Positions 40,401 to 50,125 of a stretch of 64,000 nt of DNA are shown one piece after another (positions within the stretch are counted from its first letter, which is position 1; each line of letters starts with the position of its first letter). The stretch spans positions 16,678,001 to 16,742,000 of the forward strand of contig NC_087258.1 in assembly GCF_037042905.1 (NCBI RefSeq), read 5' to 3'. The notes beneath the pieces are model-generated. The model searched no databases. It worked only from the letters and a program-made list of their open reading frames with translations, and was not told where the DNA came from. Origin of the DNA: Lytechinus pictus. Its lineage: Eukaryota. Position numbers and translations under genes: made by a program.

Positions 40401-42283
40401 ATAAGGCCATTGAAACCACCATTGCAGTGTCAGCTTACCATACCTTCTAAATACATTAATGGAGATGCTGAAGATCTTAAGAGTCGTTCTATCAACGCCC
40501 ATTGTAGATGAGACTAATCCTTTCATGACTGAGATGAAGAGAGAGTTCTCAAATGGTCCAGGATCCAAAGATGCAGACCAAGGACTAGGACCATCTCTGC
40601 TGTTGAACCTGAATGTATGTTCAAAGAATTGTTTTAGTTTTAAAAAAAATGTTAATTTAATAATTTTAATGAATAGAGAAAAATCAAACAAGCATAACAC
40701 TGAAAATTTCATCAAAATTGGATGTAAAATAAGAAAGTTACAACAGTTTAAAGTTTTGCTTATTTTTCACAAAACAGTTATATATGCATAACTCAGAGAC
40801 ATGTAAATGAGAGAGTCGATGATGTCACTCACTATTTCTTTTGTTTTTTATTGTTTGAATTATACAATATTTCAATTTTTGCAGATTTGACAATAAGGAC
40901 CAACTTGACAGAACCATCAAATGTTAAAACAATGGTAAATACCACATGTTCCTGAAGGGAGAAATAAAACTTTGTTTCATCAGACAACAGGGAGAAAATT
41001 TGAATATTTCATAGTTCATATAATAAAATACAAAGAAATAGTGAGTGAGTGATGTCATCACACATCAGTCCCCTCATTTGCATACCGACCAGGAAGTGAA
41101 TATAACTGTTTTGTGAAATTAAGCGAAAATTTGAAATGTCATAACTTTCTTATTTTACATCTGATTAATTGATGAAATTTTCAGCGTTATGCTTGTTGGA
41201 TTTTTCTCCTAATTTTATTAAAGTCAACTTTTGGTTGGGGTGGACTTGTCCTTTAAATGAACCGAAAGTCTGAACTCTATTTACATGTTTCTTGAACAAA
41301 GAATGGCATATAATGTTACTTATGTAAATATAAAAAATCTACTACAACTTTCAATAACACCACAGAACTACATGTAGGGGAGATCGGGGTTAGTTGGAAC
41401 GCGGGGTAAGTTGAAACACTGTAATTTTCTTTAACGCCTATCAAATAAATTTATGCAATACTGCCCTCAATTTATTGCTATTATACAACGGTGTTGTATT
41501 ATTAATAGCAATTAATAAATTGAGGGCAGTATTTATTGCTATTAATAATACAACAGTGTTGTATAATAGCAATAAATTGAGGGCAGTATTGCATAAATTT
41601 ATTTTACAGGCGTTAAAGAAAATTACAATGTTTCAACTTACTCCGCATCCCAACTAACCCCGATCTCCCCTACCTGTGCAAGATGAGGGAGAAATTAGAC
41701 AGGAATAACTGTCTTTTATTATACTAGGGATTTATTCAGCAACTTCTGACATTACTGATATCAAACGTAGGTCGTAGTTTAGCAGAACAGCTGACGGTAC
41801 AGAGACAGATAAGATACATACATGTATATTATATTTCATCCTAACATTTTTAGGATTCTTCTAATTATATGCTTTCACCAAACGCTTGCTGGTTCTACTT
41901 CAAGTTGATCATGAAACAGATTATTTGGTCAGTACGTGTCTCAGTGAAAATATAAATTGGCATACTCACTCCCATTCTGCAACCAAGTTTGAATAATCCT
42001 GCAATGTTGTCATCAACCGAAAATCCAAAACATCGTCAAAAATTTCGACGGGGCGCCCGTCTAAGGTTTGGTAAGATTTCCTATTTCTCCATTCTCGACA
42101 CCCAGACGGTCCTGCTAAATTTTTGATCAAACATGACGACGTCTGATCATCTGAAAGAATGACAGGTTCAAATGTAGGTAGAAATCTTTCTGAGTGTATT
42201 AGTGAGTCCTGCTCAGATAGGCCACATAACATACAAATTACTGCTGTCAAACTTTCCAACATTCTTAGAAGATTTGCCATCAT
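22320..42283 (-). CDS. Tandem 2OG-Fe(II) oxygenase (prolyl-4-hydroxylase-like, 2OG-FeII_Oxy_3-type) domain protein, 11 exons, ~626 aa
   Basis: Exons 42283-41970, 40608-40444, 39772-39585, 33565-33354, 32720-32624, 31092-30961, 28821-28624, 28240-28150, 26020-25897, 24213-24009, 22474-22320. All introns GT-AG with matching phases; total 1881 nt, open. Domain 2: DHTRIHED...TFLVYL...W....GET.F...VLPRFGRVVIFEGIIPHSARPP...RLTF. Domain 1 aligns to it but lacks the metal ligands. Confidence 0.88.
24009..24213 (-). CDS. 2OG oxygenase gene exon 10 (acidic tract)
   Basis: DKHYEEHFKEMLL...DGDSDDDEEEEDHGHYEEDDNDEQMEYDEEPTFDEE; gacag acceptor, GTGAGT donor. Confidence 0.85.
24457..24750 (+). mobile_element. 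tRNA-derived SINE (family B) inserted in a Kolobok-like MITE (~24248-25050)
   Basis: TGGCTCAGTTGGTAGAGCG, GGTTCAAACCC, GTCAGACCAAAAGACGTTAAAAGATGG; (TTTCA)-rich tail; flanks resemble the 50126 MITE family. Confidence 0.82.
25897..26020 (-). CDS. 2OG oxygenase gene exon 9 (RxT 2OG-binding motif)
   Basis: RLTFVAKLSINERAARVKSLK...FKSYH; GTGAGT donor. Confidence 0.85.
26775..27480 (+). mobile_element. Decayed CR1/Jockey-like RT fragment in intron 8 of the 2OG gene
   Basis: Frameshifted pieces: LKE...LPHDW..LIYKKG, AENYRLVSLTC, HHGFRSG.ST, VTSGMPQGFMLGPLLF, RLYADDC. Confidence 0.88.
28150..28240 (-). CDS. 2OG oxygenase gene exon 8 (distal His)
   Basis: SVLPRFGRVVIFEGIIPHSARPPSPIYRDS; ttgtag acceptor, AAG|GTATGT donor. 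Confidence 0.9.
28624..28821 (-). CDS. 2OG oxygenase gene exon 7 (HxD motif)
   Basis: GTDQWYPYDVSCNLLRTYDHTRIHEDCEIREKEWTFLVYLTDDWSEDKYGETTFLHFNGHSSEPVI; 198 nt, phase 1-1. Confidence 0.9.
28830..30215 (-). repeat. Tandem array (~8 units of ~150-190 bp) derived from the acceptor and 5' half of exon 7
   Basis: Recurring (+ strand) CAGTCC..GTGGATC.TGGTGTGAT..TAGG...GGTTGCAAGAGACATC.TAGGGA.ACCACTGGTTG.TACCTGAT, identical in design to 28741-28826. Confidence 0.9.
30225..30440 (+). mobile_element. 5'-truncated SINE (family A-related)
   Basis: CCTCTGGCAAGGCATT...GTAAATGGGTACCCGGTAGGAAGG...AGCGCTATATAAAT + (TAT)n. Confidence 0.8.
30580..30943 (-). mobile_element. tRNA-derived SINE (family A-related), ending ~18 nt from the exon 6 donor
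   Basis: Reverse strand GGAAGCGTCGTGGTGTAGCGG...GTTCGAATCC...CTCTCCACCCAGGTGTTAAATGGGTACCCGG...AGCGCTATATAAAT(TAT)n. Confidence 0.88.
30961..31092 (-). CDS. 2OG oxygenase gene exon 6
   Basis: GTFYYDDSLDLDSDNVQWIAGFPIESYVQGKMWTPTQKVAEFIS; CAG|GTGAG donor; 132 nt, phase 1-1. Confidence 0.87.
31484..31634. mobile_element. Small TIR element; sister copy at 59536-59683
   Basis: CCTCAGTCACATTTGCTCTA ... TAGAGCAAATGTGACTGAGG; colinear with 59536-59683. Confidence 0.8.
31757..32102. mobile_element. piggyBac-like mini-MITE containing a nested Harbinger-like MITE (31807-32066)
   Basis: ttaa|CCCGATGGAGACTG ... CAGTCTCCTATGGG|ttaa; a similar empty-size element lies at 22808-22879. Confidence 0.75.
32624..32720 (-). 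CDS. 2OG oxygenase gene exon 5 (start of domain 2)
   Basis: NYTTSQGKRLYIFDGLFDADDLMKLREFVPKH, paralogous to the exon-1 GRPVEIFDDVLD segment; not in the ORF track. Confidence 0.85.
33354..33565 (-). CDS. 2OG oxygenase gene exon 4
   Basis: GYIMKPPSMDFKQGMMSLKMSF...CLTK; ttcag acceptor, AAG|GTGAGA donor. Confidence 0.85.
33853..34116 (+). pseudogene. LINE ORF1 C-terminal fragment
   Basis: RGIIARFTSYDIRNRIYQSRRIL...IFIQESLTKSR...IWTQDGRIRV: typical L1-like ORF1 RRM/CTD signature found in CR1/L2 elements. Confidence 0.8.
34628..37688 (+). pseudogene. LINE ORF2: PHD finger + AP endonuclease + reverse transcriptase, with two lesions
   Basis: PHD (CVLC...CTTCCKWVHISC...WECTIC) in frame with ORF 34895..37522 across one TAA (34835-34837); APE motifs LNETRL, MGDIN, SDH; RT motifs QSGFRP, DLQKAFD, GVPQGSLLGPLLF, YADDT, KYLGV; +1 frameshift near 37511, after which YPLRNE...LPRPRTNSCKRSFSYR continues to TGA at 37688. 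Confidence 0.92.
39585..39772 (-). CDS. 2OG oxygenase gene exon 3 (degenerate domain 1 core)
   Basis: GDHIKLTRD...YSVVLYFNHYWRKNDYGELLFYE...LSPKYNRAVVWDSSV; tttttcag acceptor, GTAAGA donor. Confidence 0.88.
40444..40608 (-). CDS. 2OG oxygenase gene exon 2
   Basis: cattcag|G TTC AAC...; FNSRDGPSPWSASLDPGPFENSLF...SINVFR; 165 nt, phase 2-2. Confidence 0.8.
40640..41252. mobile_element. Kolobok-like MITE copy with eroded left end
   Basis: Colinear with 11337-12108 minus the 7SL-like insert; ends TGGGGTGGACTTGTCCT|ttaa. Confidence 0.82.
41374..41673. mobile_element. Palindromic MITE in intron 1 of the 2OG gene
   Basis: GTAGGGGAGATCGGGGTTAGTTGG ... CCAACTAACCCCGATCTCCCCTAC; arms >110 bp; internal repeat of AATAAATTGAGGGCAGTATT. 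Confidence 0.82.
41970..42283 (-). CDS. 2OG oxygenase gene exon 1 (possible signal peptide, start of domain 1)
   Basis: MMANLLRMLESLTAVICMLCGLSEQ...GRPVEIFDDVLD...AEW; donor GA|GTGAGT. Confidence 0.8.
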
Positions 42284-43067
42284 GAACTGCAAGCACTTTT
42301 GCTTCTCTTGCCTGACCATGAACTGCCAAATATTAACTTCCTGTGTACTCGGGCGCTAGGCACGGGTAGCTTTCCGCCGCTCTCTAAGCATGCTCTCGCT
42401 CAAAGCTCTCGCTGCATTGATATCTTGCATCCAGCGCGCGCGGGGAATTCCCTTATACCAGTCGATCGATGTTGGGCTAGGGTTAACATGCAACAGGTGG
42501 TAGCCTATATGTTACCAGACGTACGTGTACGTTGGGATGTACGTCGTAAGTGTGGTTGTAGTACTACTAGCCTGGGAGTGGTTGTGCACAGGACAGAAAG
42601 AGAGAAAGGTTCTCGCAGAAGATTGACTGATATCTCAGCATCATTCTTGGCCTGTTCCAGTTGTATAAAAGGTTGATTTGATCATTGTGAAGTCTTCAAC
42701 TGATCTGAGCTGAACGAGCCGATGCTAATGACGTGTCTTTGAATTTTGATGATGAGTGCTATTAATTATGTTTATGTATTGTTATTGTAGGGCATTTCAG
42801 CTGACTTTGTGTCAGATCAGGGCAGGGGTGTTCCCCGTTTTTTCTTTAGTTCTTAAACAGTACTAACAAGTAACAACTGTCTGGTCTGTGATTAGACCAA
42901 AAGCTTCGGTCTCTGTTATGTTGGTTGTTCAGCTGAACTCCGTTGGCTTCACTCACCAAATACAGAGACCGAAGTTCTAGCGCGATCTGTACAGGGGACT
43001 CAATGGCCATATGTTTATGTACTTAAGATCGGATAAAACGGGGAAGTGAATTTGCGCGACAGCCGAG
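42284..43067. promoter_or_regulatory. Putative bidirectional promoter between the 2OG and JmjC genes
   Basis: <800 bp between the minus-strand ATG (42283) and the plus-strand first donor (43067); locally CpG-rich; GGGAATTCCC (42443-42452), TGACGTGT (~42729), GGAAGTG (~43042). Confidence 0.6.
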
Positions 43068-43744
43068 GTAAGTCACTGTTTTTGTTCCTTTTAACTTGAT
43101 TTTTCTCCGTTTTTGGGCAATTAATGCCAAGAGGGAATATTAATTTGCATTTTGGTCGTGTTAATTTTCAAAATTTTTATTCATTAAAGACAAAAATTGA
43201 AGAGCCCCGACGGGGGGATTTCGCATTGCAAGTCCCCTAATGGTGGCTGCACGCTAGCGAGCCGTCTGTGTACGAGGAGAATTTAAAAAAAAAAAATGTT
43301 AAAAAACTCCTCGAAACAGACGGCTGCCAGCTGTCTAGTCTGTGATATGACTGGGGTCATGTTATTTCCTCAATTCTGAAAATTTAGGTATTGATTAACA
43401 GATATTATTACTTAGTTTAATAGCTCTATGGTTTAATACTATAGTTAGGCCTAGTATAATATTAAATATATTTAGTTTTCCATTCCATGTCCAGGCAGTC
43501 CAGCCTTAAAATAGTGAAGTGCCCACTATTATTCCAATTTTTGATGACTAGTTAATGAAAATGCGAATTTTACAATTTTTCATAATTAGTGCTCTTGATC
43601 TGTTGCTCTGCAATTATTATTCATGCACTTATAACAATAAAAATGACCCTTCAAACGTGTCTTACAAATTCAATATTTTATTTGAGGCTAAATCTGTATT
43701 TTACTATCACAGAAAGACATCGACATCAATTCAGGCTTGGAAAG

Positions 43745-44492
43745 ATGATTCTACTTACAGTCCTCCTTCAGCTAATCGCAGTCATCCATGGAGCAGAAGA
43801 TCTTCCCCAGGGTCACCTCCAGCCGTTTGGTCATCATCGACCACCAGACGTGGTCATTGATGAACTCTATGACTTGCCAGACCCACAGACCTTCTGGGAT
43901 GAGTACGTGTCTATCGAGAAAGCTGCAATTTTCCGGGGAGCTGCCACTCGCAGTCCCGGCTTCATCCTGTGGACCGAGGAATATCTAAGCAAAGCCTATG
44001 GAGACGTTGAGGTTCGACTGGAAGGCAAGCGTGAGAGAAAAAGCGGTATCCCCGTTGGAGAGAAAGGTCTGGGTCGGGATACTGTACGCAACTTCCTCCA
44101 GACATTCCGCGAGAAGGACACCTACATTGTCTCACAGCTGCCGGAGCCAATGTACCAAGACTTCTATATCCCACCGAGCATCTCCTGCGGGAACATGCGT
44201 AACCGCATCATCGAGATCGACCTATGGATGAGTTCCGGAAACACACATAGTATCATCCACAAAGATGCATTCAACGCCATAAACTGCTTGATGAAGGGCA
44301 CCAAGTATTGGAAGCTCATTGAGTTCAAGTATGAGAAGTGGCTCTACAAGACGTGGGAACCAAAGAGAGAGCTTGGAGGCAACTCACAGGTTGATGCCCA
44401 CAGCATTGATCTTCTGAAGTATCCTGACATTGCCAAAGTCAGGTGGTCCAACATCACTATCAATGCAGGAGACTGCTTGTTCTTACCTAAAT
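43745..44492 (+). CDS. JmjC gene coding exon 1 (signal peptide + most of the JmjC domain)
   Basis: Within ORF 43589..44533; true start at Met53; HKD at 44258-44266. Confidence 0.92.
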
Positions 44493-47400
44493 GTAATTAC
44501 TTTTACATCTTTTTTCTTGTTATGCCTTGTTGAGTCAATATTATCATGGTATAATTCCTATTTATGTTTAAAGGTTGGGCTAGGTTATGATAAATCTTAT
44601 TCTTTTTTGTTCGGGTTGAATCAAGTATTCTGTATTTTTGATGGCGCATGTAGCAAGATAAATTTTCCAGAGGTACACATGTTTATGCCTGCAAGGGATA
44701 AAATGATCCATTTGCTGTAGCAATCATTTATTAATACATTTCAAAGAAAAACATTCTACCAGGTGGAATATGCAAGAGAGCGACATCTTTCATTTATATT
44801 TTCAGAATCAGAGGTTAGGTTTTTTTCTCAAACAGTTTCCTAATGAGTTGTAATATATATCGTGAACCTTCTACCCGTGGTGCAAGCAGTGTGTAATTCA
44901 CTGATAAGTATTAGCTATGGTTATGACAAGAAGGAGAGGCTTTAGGATAACTGGCATAAAACCAAATGAATTTGGTGTCATATTAACTACCGGTAAATGA
45001 AATGAAAACATGCCTGCGAGACATCAGTTAATATCTATTCCTTGAAACACAGAGCGCATATCAGCTGCTCTGCTAATATCATGTTGAGTTTTTGTAGAGC
45101 ACTAAAGAGAATCTTGAAAAATTGATAATTTTCTTAATGAATTATCAAAATTTCCATTCAGTTATATTTTCTTGAAAGAGTGTGAGATAGTAGAAAGCTT
45201 TGAGCACCAAAATCAATACCCTATTTTTAGCCAGGGTAATGTAGGAGTGCCTTGATCACCCAACAATGTCAGTGGATGTGTGCTATGTAAATACTGTATT
45301 TTCATAAGAAATTGTTATTCTTTTGTTGTCTAATTCATCCAGCGTATTATCATCAGGTGTCATCGACGGGCGACCCCAATATGGCCGTCTCTGTACTCTT
45401 TTCTAGGCTTACCCAGTTTGACGATACAGGATGTGACCAGACTCCTATTGGTTTTACTCCATTGAGTGAGGTTGATGTTCTCTGGAGCTGGCCGGGACAT
45501 GGAATCATGAGTATGGGTAATTTGGATGTCTGGATGTTAAAGTAAGTTTTCATTTTAAAAGTTTAATCTGTTAAGAAAAAAATTCTTTCCACGTTGTTAT
45601 ATAAATATGTGCCTTAATACTAGTGCATTTAACACTAGCTCGATGGAAAAATATATAGGCTTAAATCAAATGGTGTTGTTTTTTATTTTCATTTCATCTG
45701 TATAATGAAAATCTCCATTCATAGATATTTTCCTTCAAAGAATAACAGATCATTGTAAAAAAGTTAATTATTGCTAATTTCAGTACATGTCAGAAAGTTG
45801 GAATAATGTATAAAATCATACATAATTATTACCATCATATCATGTTTCTGTGTTTTTTTTGTGTGTGTAGAGCCAATTACATGGAGTTTGCCGAGGAGTA
45901 TGGTGAAATGACTGAAGAGGTTATGAGAAATGATGTAATGACAACTTTCCCAGAACTAGAGGAGGAAGAAGTCAGGAGAACTGTGCATGAGGTATGTCTA
46001 ATATACATATTCAAAATATTGTAGGCCTTAATTGTTTCCTGAAAGCTCAGAGATGCCACTTTTCTGCCTATAGTTTGAACTTTACATCTGGTATACTATG
46101 TGCATTCCCTTTCTCTGTTTTATAACTTTGCCTGACTTGTTTTGAGGATGTTTTTAACAAGAGATATATTTACAGTACAATTAATTGATAACATCTCATT
46201 CATAGACCTACTTTTAATGGGATTGCCCCCCCCCCTTCCATCCAGTGCTTATATGTATGTTGGCACAAAAGGATGACTTTTTGTGAAATTAAACTGTGAA
46301 ACACTCCATGTCATGAGTCATGCATAACTCACCAATAGCTTTACGAAACATTCCCCTGGATGGAGAGTGGCAAATGTAAGTCTGTACCTGTCATATTCTC
46401 CTTCCTATCTCACCTCTTTCAGGCATGGAATGTTATCGACAAGTCGGGCAAGGGTTTCTTGACGACAGACGATATCGATGATCTTGACGTTGATACATGG
46501 AGAGAACATTGCATACGTATGACGGGACACGATCCTTCTAATACAGAGGAGTTTGAATTCTACTACATTGATGTTGGATTTATTGAGTAAGTTCATTTAG
46601 GCCTCGGTTCAGTACATGAAATTGTGCTGGCCATCTTCGAAGCTTTTCACTTAGTCTGTTGTCATTAAATTTACCTTCCTTGAAATCTTGATTCAGACAA
46701 ATACTGCAATTTCTACCATTTGTTTTCAAGCGGAATATTATCAATGTTATTATAATTATTTGTTTCTCTAGTGGCACAAATCAATTAAATAAAAAATAAA
46801 ATTGTGTAGTAATACATGCAGCTGGATTAGACAATAGTTTTGATGGGCCGACTATTATATGACCCCTGGAACGGTATTGGGACTAGATCCGCCAATTAAT
46901 ACATCTACCTAATGTTCTCAAACGATGTCTTATGTCAAAAGCATTATTGTTTCCATGATTTATCTTTCCATGATTTAGGGAGCTTTTGGATGGGCTAATG
47001 GATACTTACCCAGAGAAGATTACAAGGTCCATGTTTGTCAAGAAATACATTGGTGCTCTCGGAGGGACAGAAAAATATGCAGATGATGTAAGTCAAAACC
47101 TCCCATCTCATTTCCCTGAAAAATAGGGTTGGGTTTGCCCACAAATTTCAATTTCCAAAGGAGAGTGTAAAGGCCCTGTCACGTCGTTCCATGCAAGCCT
47201 CGCGGCAATCACCTGCAACTCGCCCGTTTTGAAGGCATAGTGCTTAATATCGACCGTTCCCTCTTTTTTTTAGACACCCTGTAAACCGTTGGGACAGTTA
47301 TAACAACTATAATCCTTCTACATATTTCCTTTGGTTTGTTTTTAATATTTTCACAGATATTTGATGGGCTAGCTGGAGAATCGAGTGCTTCAGCCACCCC

Positions 47401-47530
47401 TGAACAGGTCAGAGCCAATATGGACATGGCGTTGAAGAAATGGAAAGAGAATGCCCCTATTGATTCAACTCCAGAGATTGATGACTCCTTTGAAATGAGT
47501 GATGTTCATTTGTTAAAAGAAGAACTCTAA
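43745..47530 (+). CDS. ER-luminal JmjC (cupin_8; FIH/JMJD5/JMJD7/TYW5-like hydroxylase fold) protein with EF-hand-like region and KEEL, 6 coding exons, ~504 aa
   Basis: Exons 43745-44492, 45343-45541, 45871-45991, 46423-46586, 46979-47087, 47357-47530 (GT-AG, phases match, 1515 nt). Signal peptide MILLTVLLQLIAVIHG; IHKD...N.NC..KGTK.W; GDCLFLPKSYYHQV; loop DKSGKGFLTTDD; ends KEEL*. Upstream non-coding exon with donor GAG|GTAAGT at 43067/43068 and acceptor at 43712. Confidence 0.92.
45343..45541 (+). CDS. JmjC gene coding exon 2 (distal His, YYHQV)
   Basis: catccag acceptor, AA|GTAAGT donor. Confidence 0.9.
45871..45991 (+). CDS. JmjC gene coding exon 3
   Basis: ANYMEFAEEYGEMTEEVM...TVHE; GAG|GTATGT donor. 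Confidence 0.85.
46423..46586 (+). CDS. JmjC gene coding exon 4 (EF-hand-like loop)
   Basis: AWNVIDKSGKGFLTTDDIDDL...; ctttcag acceptor, GTAAGT donor. Confidence 0.88.
46979..47087 (+). CDS. JmjC gene coding exon 5
   Basis: ELLDGLMDTYPEKITRSMFVKKYIGALGGTEKYADD; tttag acceptor, GTAAGT donor; not in the ORF track. Confidence 0.85.
47357..47530 (+). CDS. JmjC gene terminal exon (KEEL)
   Basis: IFDGLAGE...DVHLLKEEL-stop; tcacag acceptor. Confidence 0.88.
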   Translation: MFDGLAGESSASATPEQVRANMDMALKKWKENAPIDSTPEIDDSFEMSDVHLLKEEL

Positions 47531-50027
47531 AGGGAATCCGGGGCCCATGACACGAAGCTTAGCAGTCATTGTAGAATTTTCTTAACGATTAATTGCATTG
47601 ACTACAATGTACATTTAATCGTTAAAATCAAGCGAACGATTAATCGCTAACCTTTGTGTTATGGGACCCAGGACTCTTTCTTGTTTGTTAGGTCATTATT
47701 TTATCGGTAAATGTATTCTTTTATTCAATTTTTTATTTAAGTTTCTTAAACCTATATTTTGTGTCTGTAGTATGTAAATTTCTGTATGTGTATTTTGGTA
47801 AGAAATATTGAACATCATACATGTATATGGGTACTTTGTTAATTTTTTTTAAATTTTTTTAATACATATATGTTTCATATGTAACATTTTTCTATGATTC
47901 ATTTCTTTTGAGTACATGTTCTAATCTGTAACTTAACTTCTGGGGATGAAACCTTTTTTCTCTCTTTATTTCACATGAATTTTCATGCATCATTTACATG
48001 TTAACCCCTTGCCTGATTTGCAAACCAACATTGATTTTATGCCATTGAGTGCGGTGGATGTTCTGTGGAGCCGAGTGAGCTGTTCTGTTCTGGCTACCAA
48101 CATTTCCCGCAACTCGTCCACAAGGCTTGCATGGAACAATATGAATTTAATTATAAAATTATTTGCTACTTGGCTTTGTCTTTGTCATGAATATGATAAC
48201 TGGCATTCTTTAAAAATGTGGTATACATATATCTATGCAAAAAGATAAATAGGTAAAGGTAACTCTGCCTAAGTTGAATCCTTTGGGATCACAGAAATAT
48301 GTTTGACTTGGGAGAAATATGACTTAAAGGTCTTTAACACATGTTTTGCATAAAATAGTATAAAATTGCTTTGTCTTTAAAGTTTACCTGTGTGTACATG
48401 CATGTTTGAACTCTGAACTGTCGCAATTATCAGGATTGATCGTATATCATGAGGTCAATTTTAATAAGCAGCGTTTTGATTTTCTTATTTTACATATTGA
48501 CATAACATTGCGACCATTTGAATACTTCAATAGGTGTCTGCATTATCTGTGAGATGCAACTTTTTTTACCTTGTGCATGAAATTACCACAATGTAATGGT
48601 AATAATAATAATGGTGATGTCTTATTGATCACACACACCGTCCAAAGACACTCATGGCGCTAGCCCGGCAACAGTTCCTTTTAATATATATTTAAAAAAT
48701 ACAAATGCAAATGTAAACGTAGTCAACAAAGAGATCTTAAGTTACTAGTACTCCAGGTACAAAGGGTACATAATTTACAAAAAAAGGAGAAAAAGTTCAG
48801 TTTTGTATCACCTGCTGGAATTCCTAATGAAACTACTGGGTAATTATTAGTCTTATATTGTGTTATTTGTTTGTGAATTTTATAGTCAATTGGTTCATAG
48901 AACAAATGTTTATATATATATGGTGCTTTCATATTTGTTAATATTTTTTATCAGTACTTCCTAATAATCCAGATAATTATCATTTTGTCTTTCTCTTGTT
49001 TAATGTTTGGATATAGAGGATTGTTTAAGTACAATTGGCATAATCTGTAAGTGTTGTCTTCTTTCTTTTTCTTTAGAAGGGGGTTTATGGTATTCTTGCA
49101 TATTTATACCAGGAAATGATTATGAATGATTGATTTTCTATAAGAAGTTTATTATAAATTATTGTATGAGCAGTTTCCATTTCAAATGACAGCTCCTTCC
49201 CAAGAAACGCTTTCCGTCTATCGCAACTCACAATGGATAGTGCGATCAATCACTAGTGGTAATAGATCATTTCTTTCTAAAAATTCAACCAATTGACCTA
49301 CCACTTTTTTCTAATTTGATAAAAACAATTGCTGGTTTGAATCTAATTTCTATTCTTTTTTGTTTTGATACGATGACCAAGTTTTTATTTTGTTTCTCTT
49401 CATATTACAAAGAAAATTTATTTATTTAGAAGTTTGATTATAATAACATGTTAACATATATTTTGATTTTACATTATTCTACGTAGGCACCAGCCAATGT
49501 GGAGAACCTCTGGACAGAATTTTTAAATTCTTTTAGGTGATCCCCAGCATTGGCTGGTGCTCAATTTATATTTCTCTTGTAATGTTTATATTGAATCTGT
49601 TATGTTTGTTATTATCTTTCCTGGAAATACAATAAATAAATGAATATGTCTGAATGCTCATTTATCGCGATCTTAAACACATAGGAGTTATGCTGAAAAT
49701 TTGTTTACAAACTTAGTTTTCAAATCAATCAATTACAAAACATGCAACTATAAGTTTTGTGTAATATATTGGTTATCAGTACTACAGTTTGGGTATGTAA
49801 GGTTCGAAGTTTGTAATTTGAATAAAACATTCTTTTATTCTTTTTTTTTTCAACGTTCTTGATTGTTTTTCTGTGTTGTCGTTGTCTTGTGTGTTCCATA
49901 AACAATATGTTGGAGTAGTTAATGCAACTGCTTATTTGTGATGAAATGAGAGAATCTAAATATTATTTATATTCTATTATTAATTTCCTCTACAGTTGAT
50001 CTTACATACGAGTTGACTTTCACAAGT

Positions 50028-50070
<43 letters not shown>

Positions 50071-50125
50071 TTAAAGACTGGGGAGTGTTTCACAAAGATT
50101 TAGTGTGAATTAATTTCGCACTTAA

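Noticed and set aside
43589-43744. N-terminal 52 aa of the 314-aa ORF
   Set aside because: Intron and 5' UTR sequence: acceptor at 43712 and a signal peptide starting at Met 43745
48620-49300. Decayed L1/Tx1-like ORF2 C-terminus on the minus strand
   Set aside because: Only a vague HLF.E...LG...K pattern; too weak to call without a profile search
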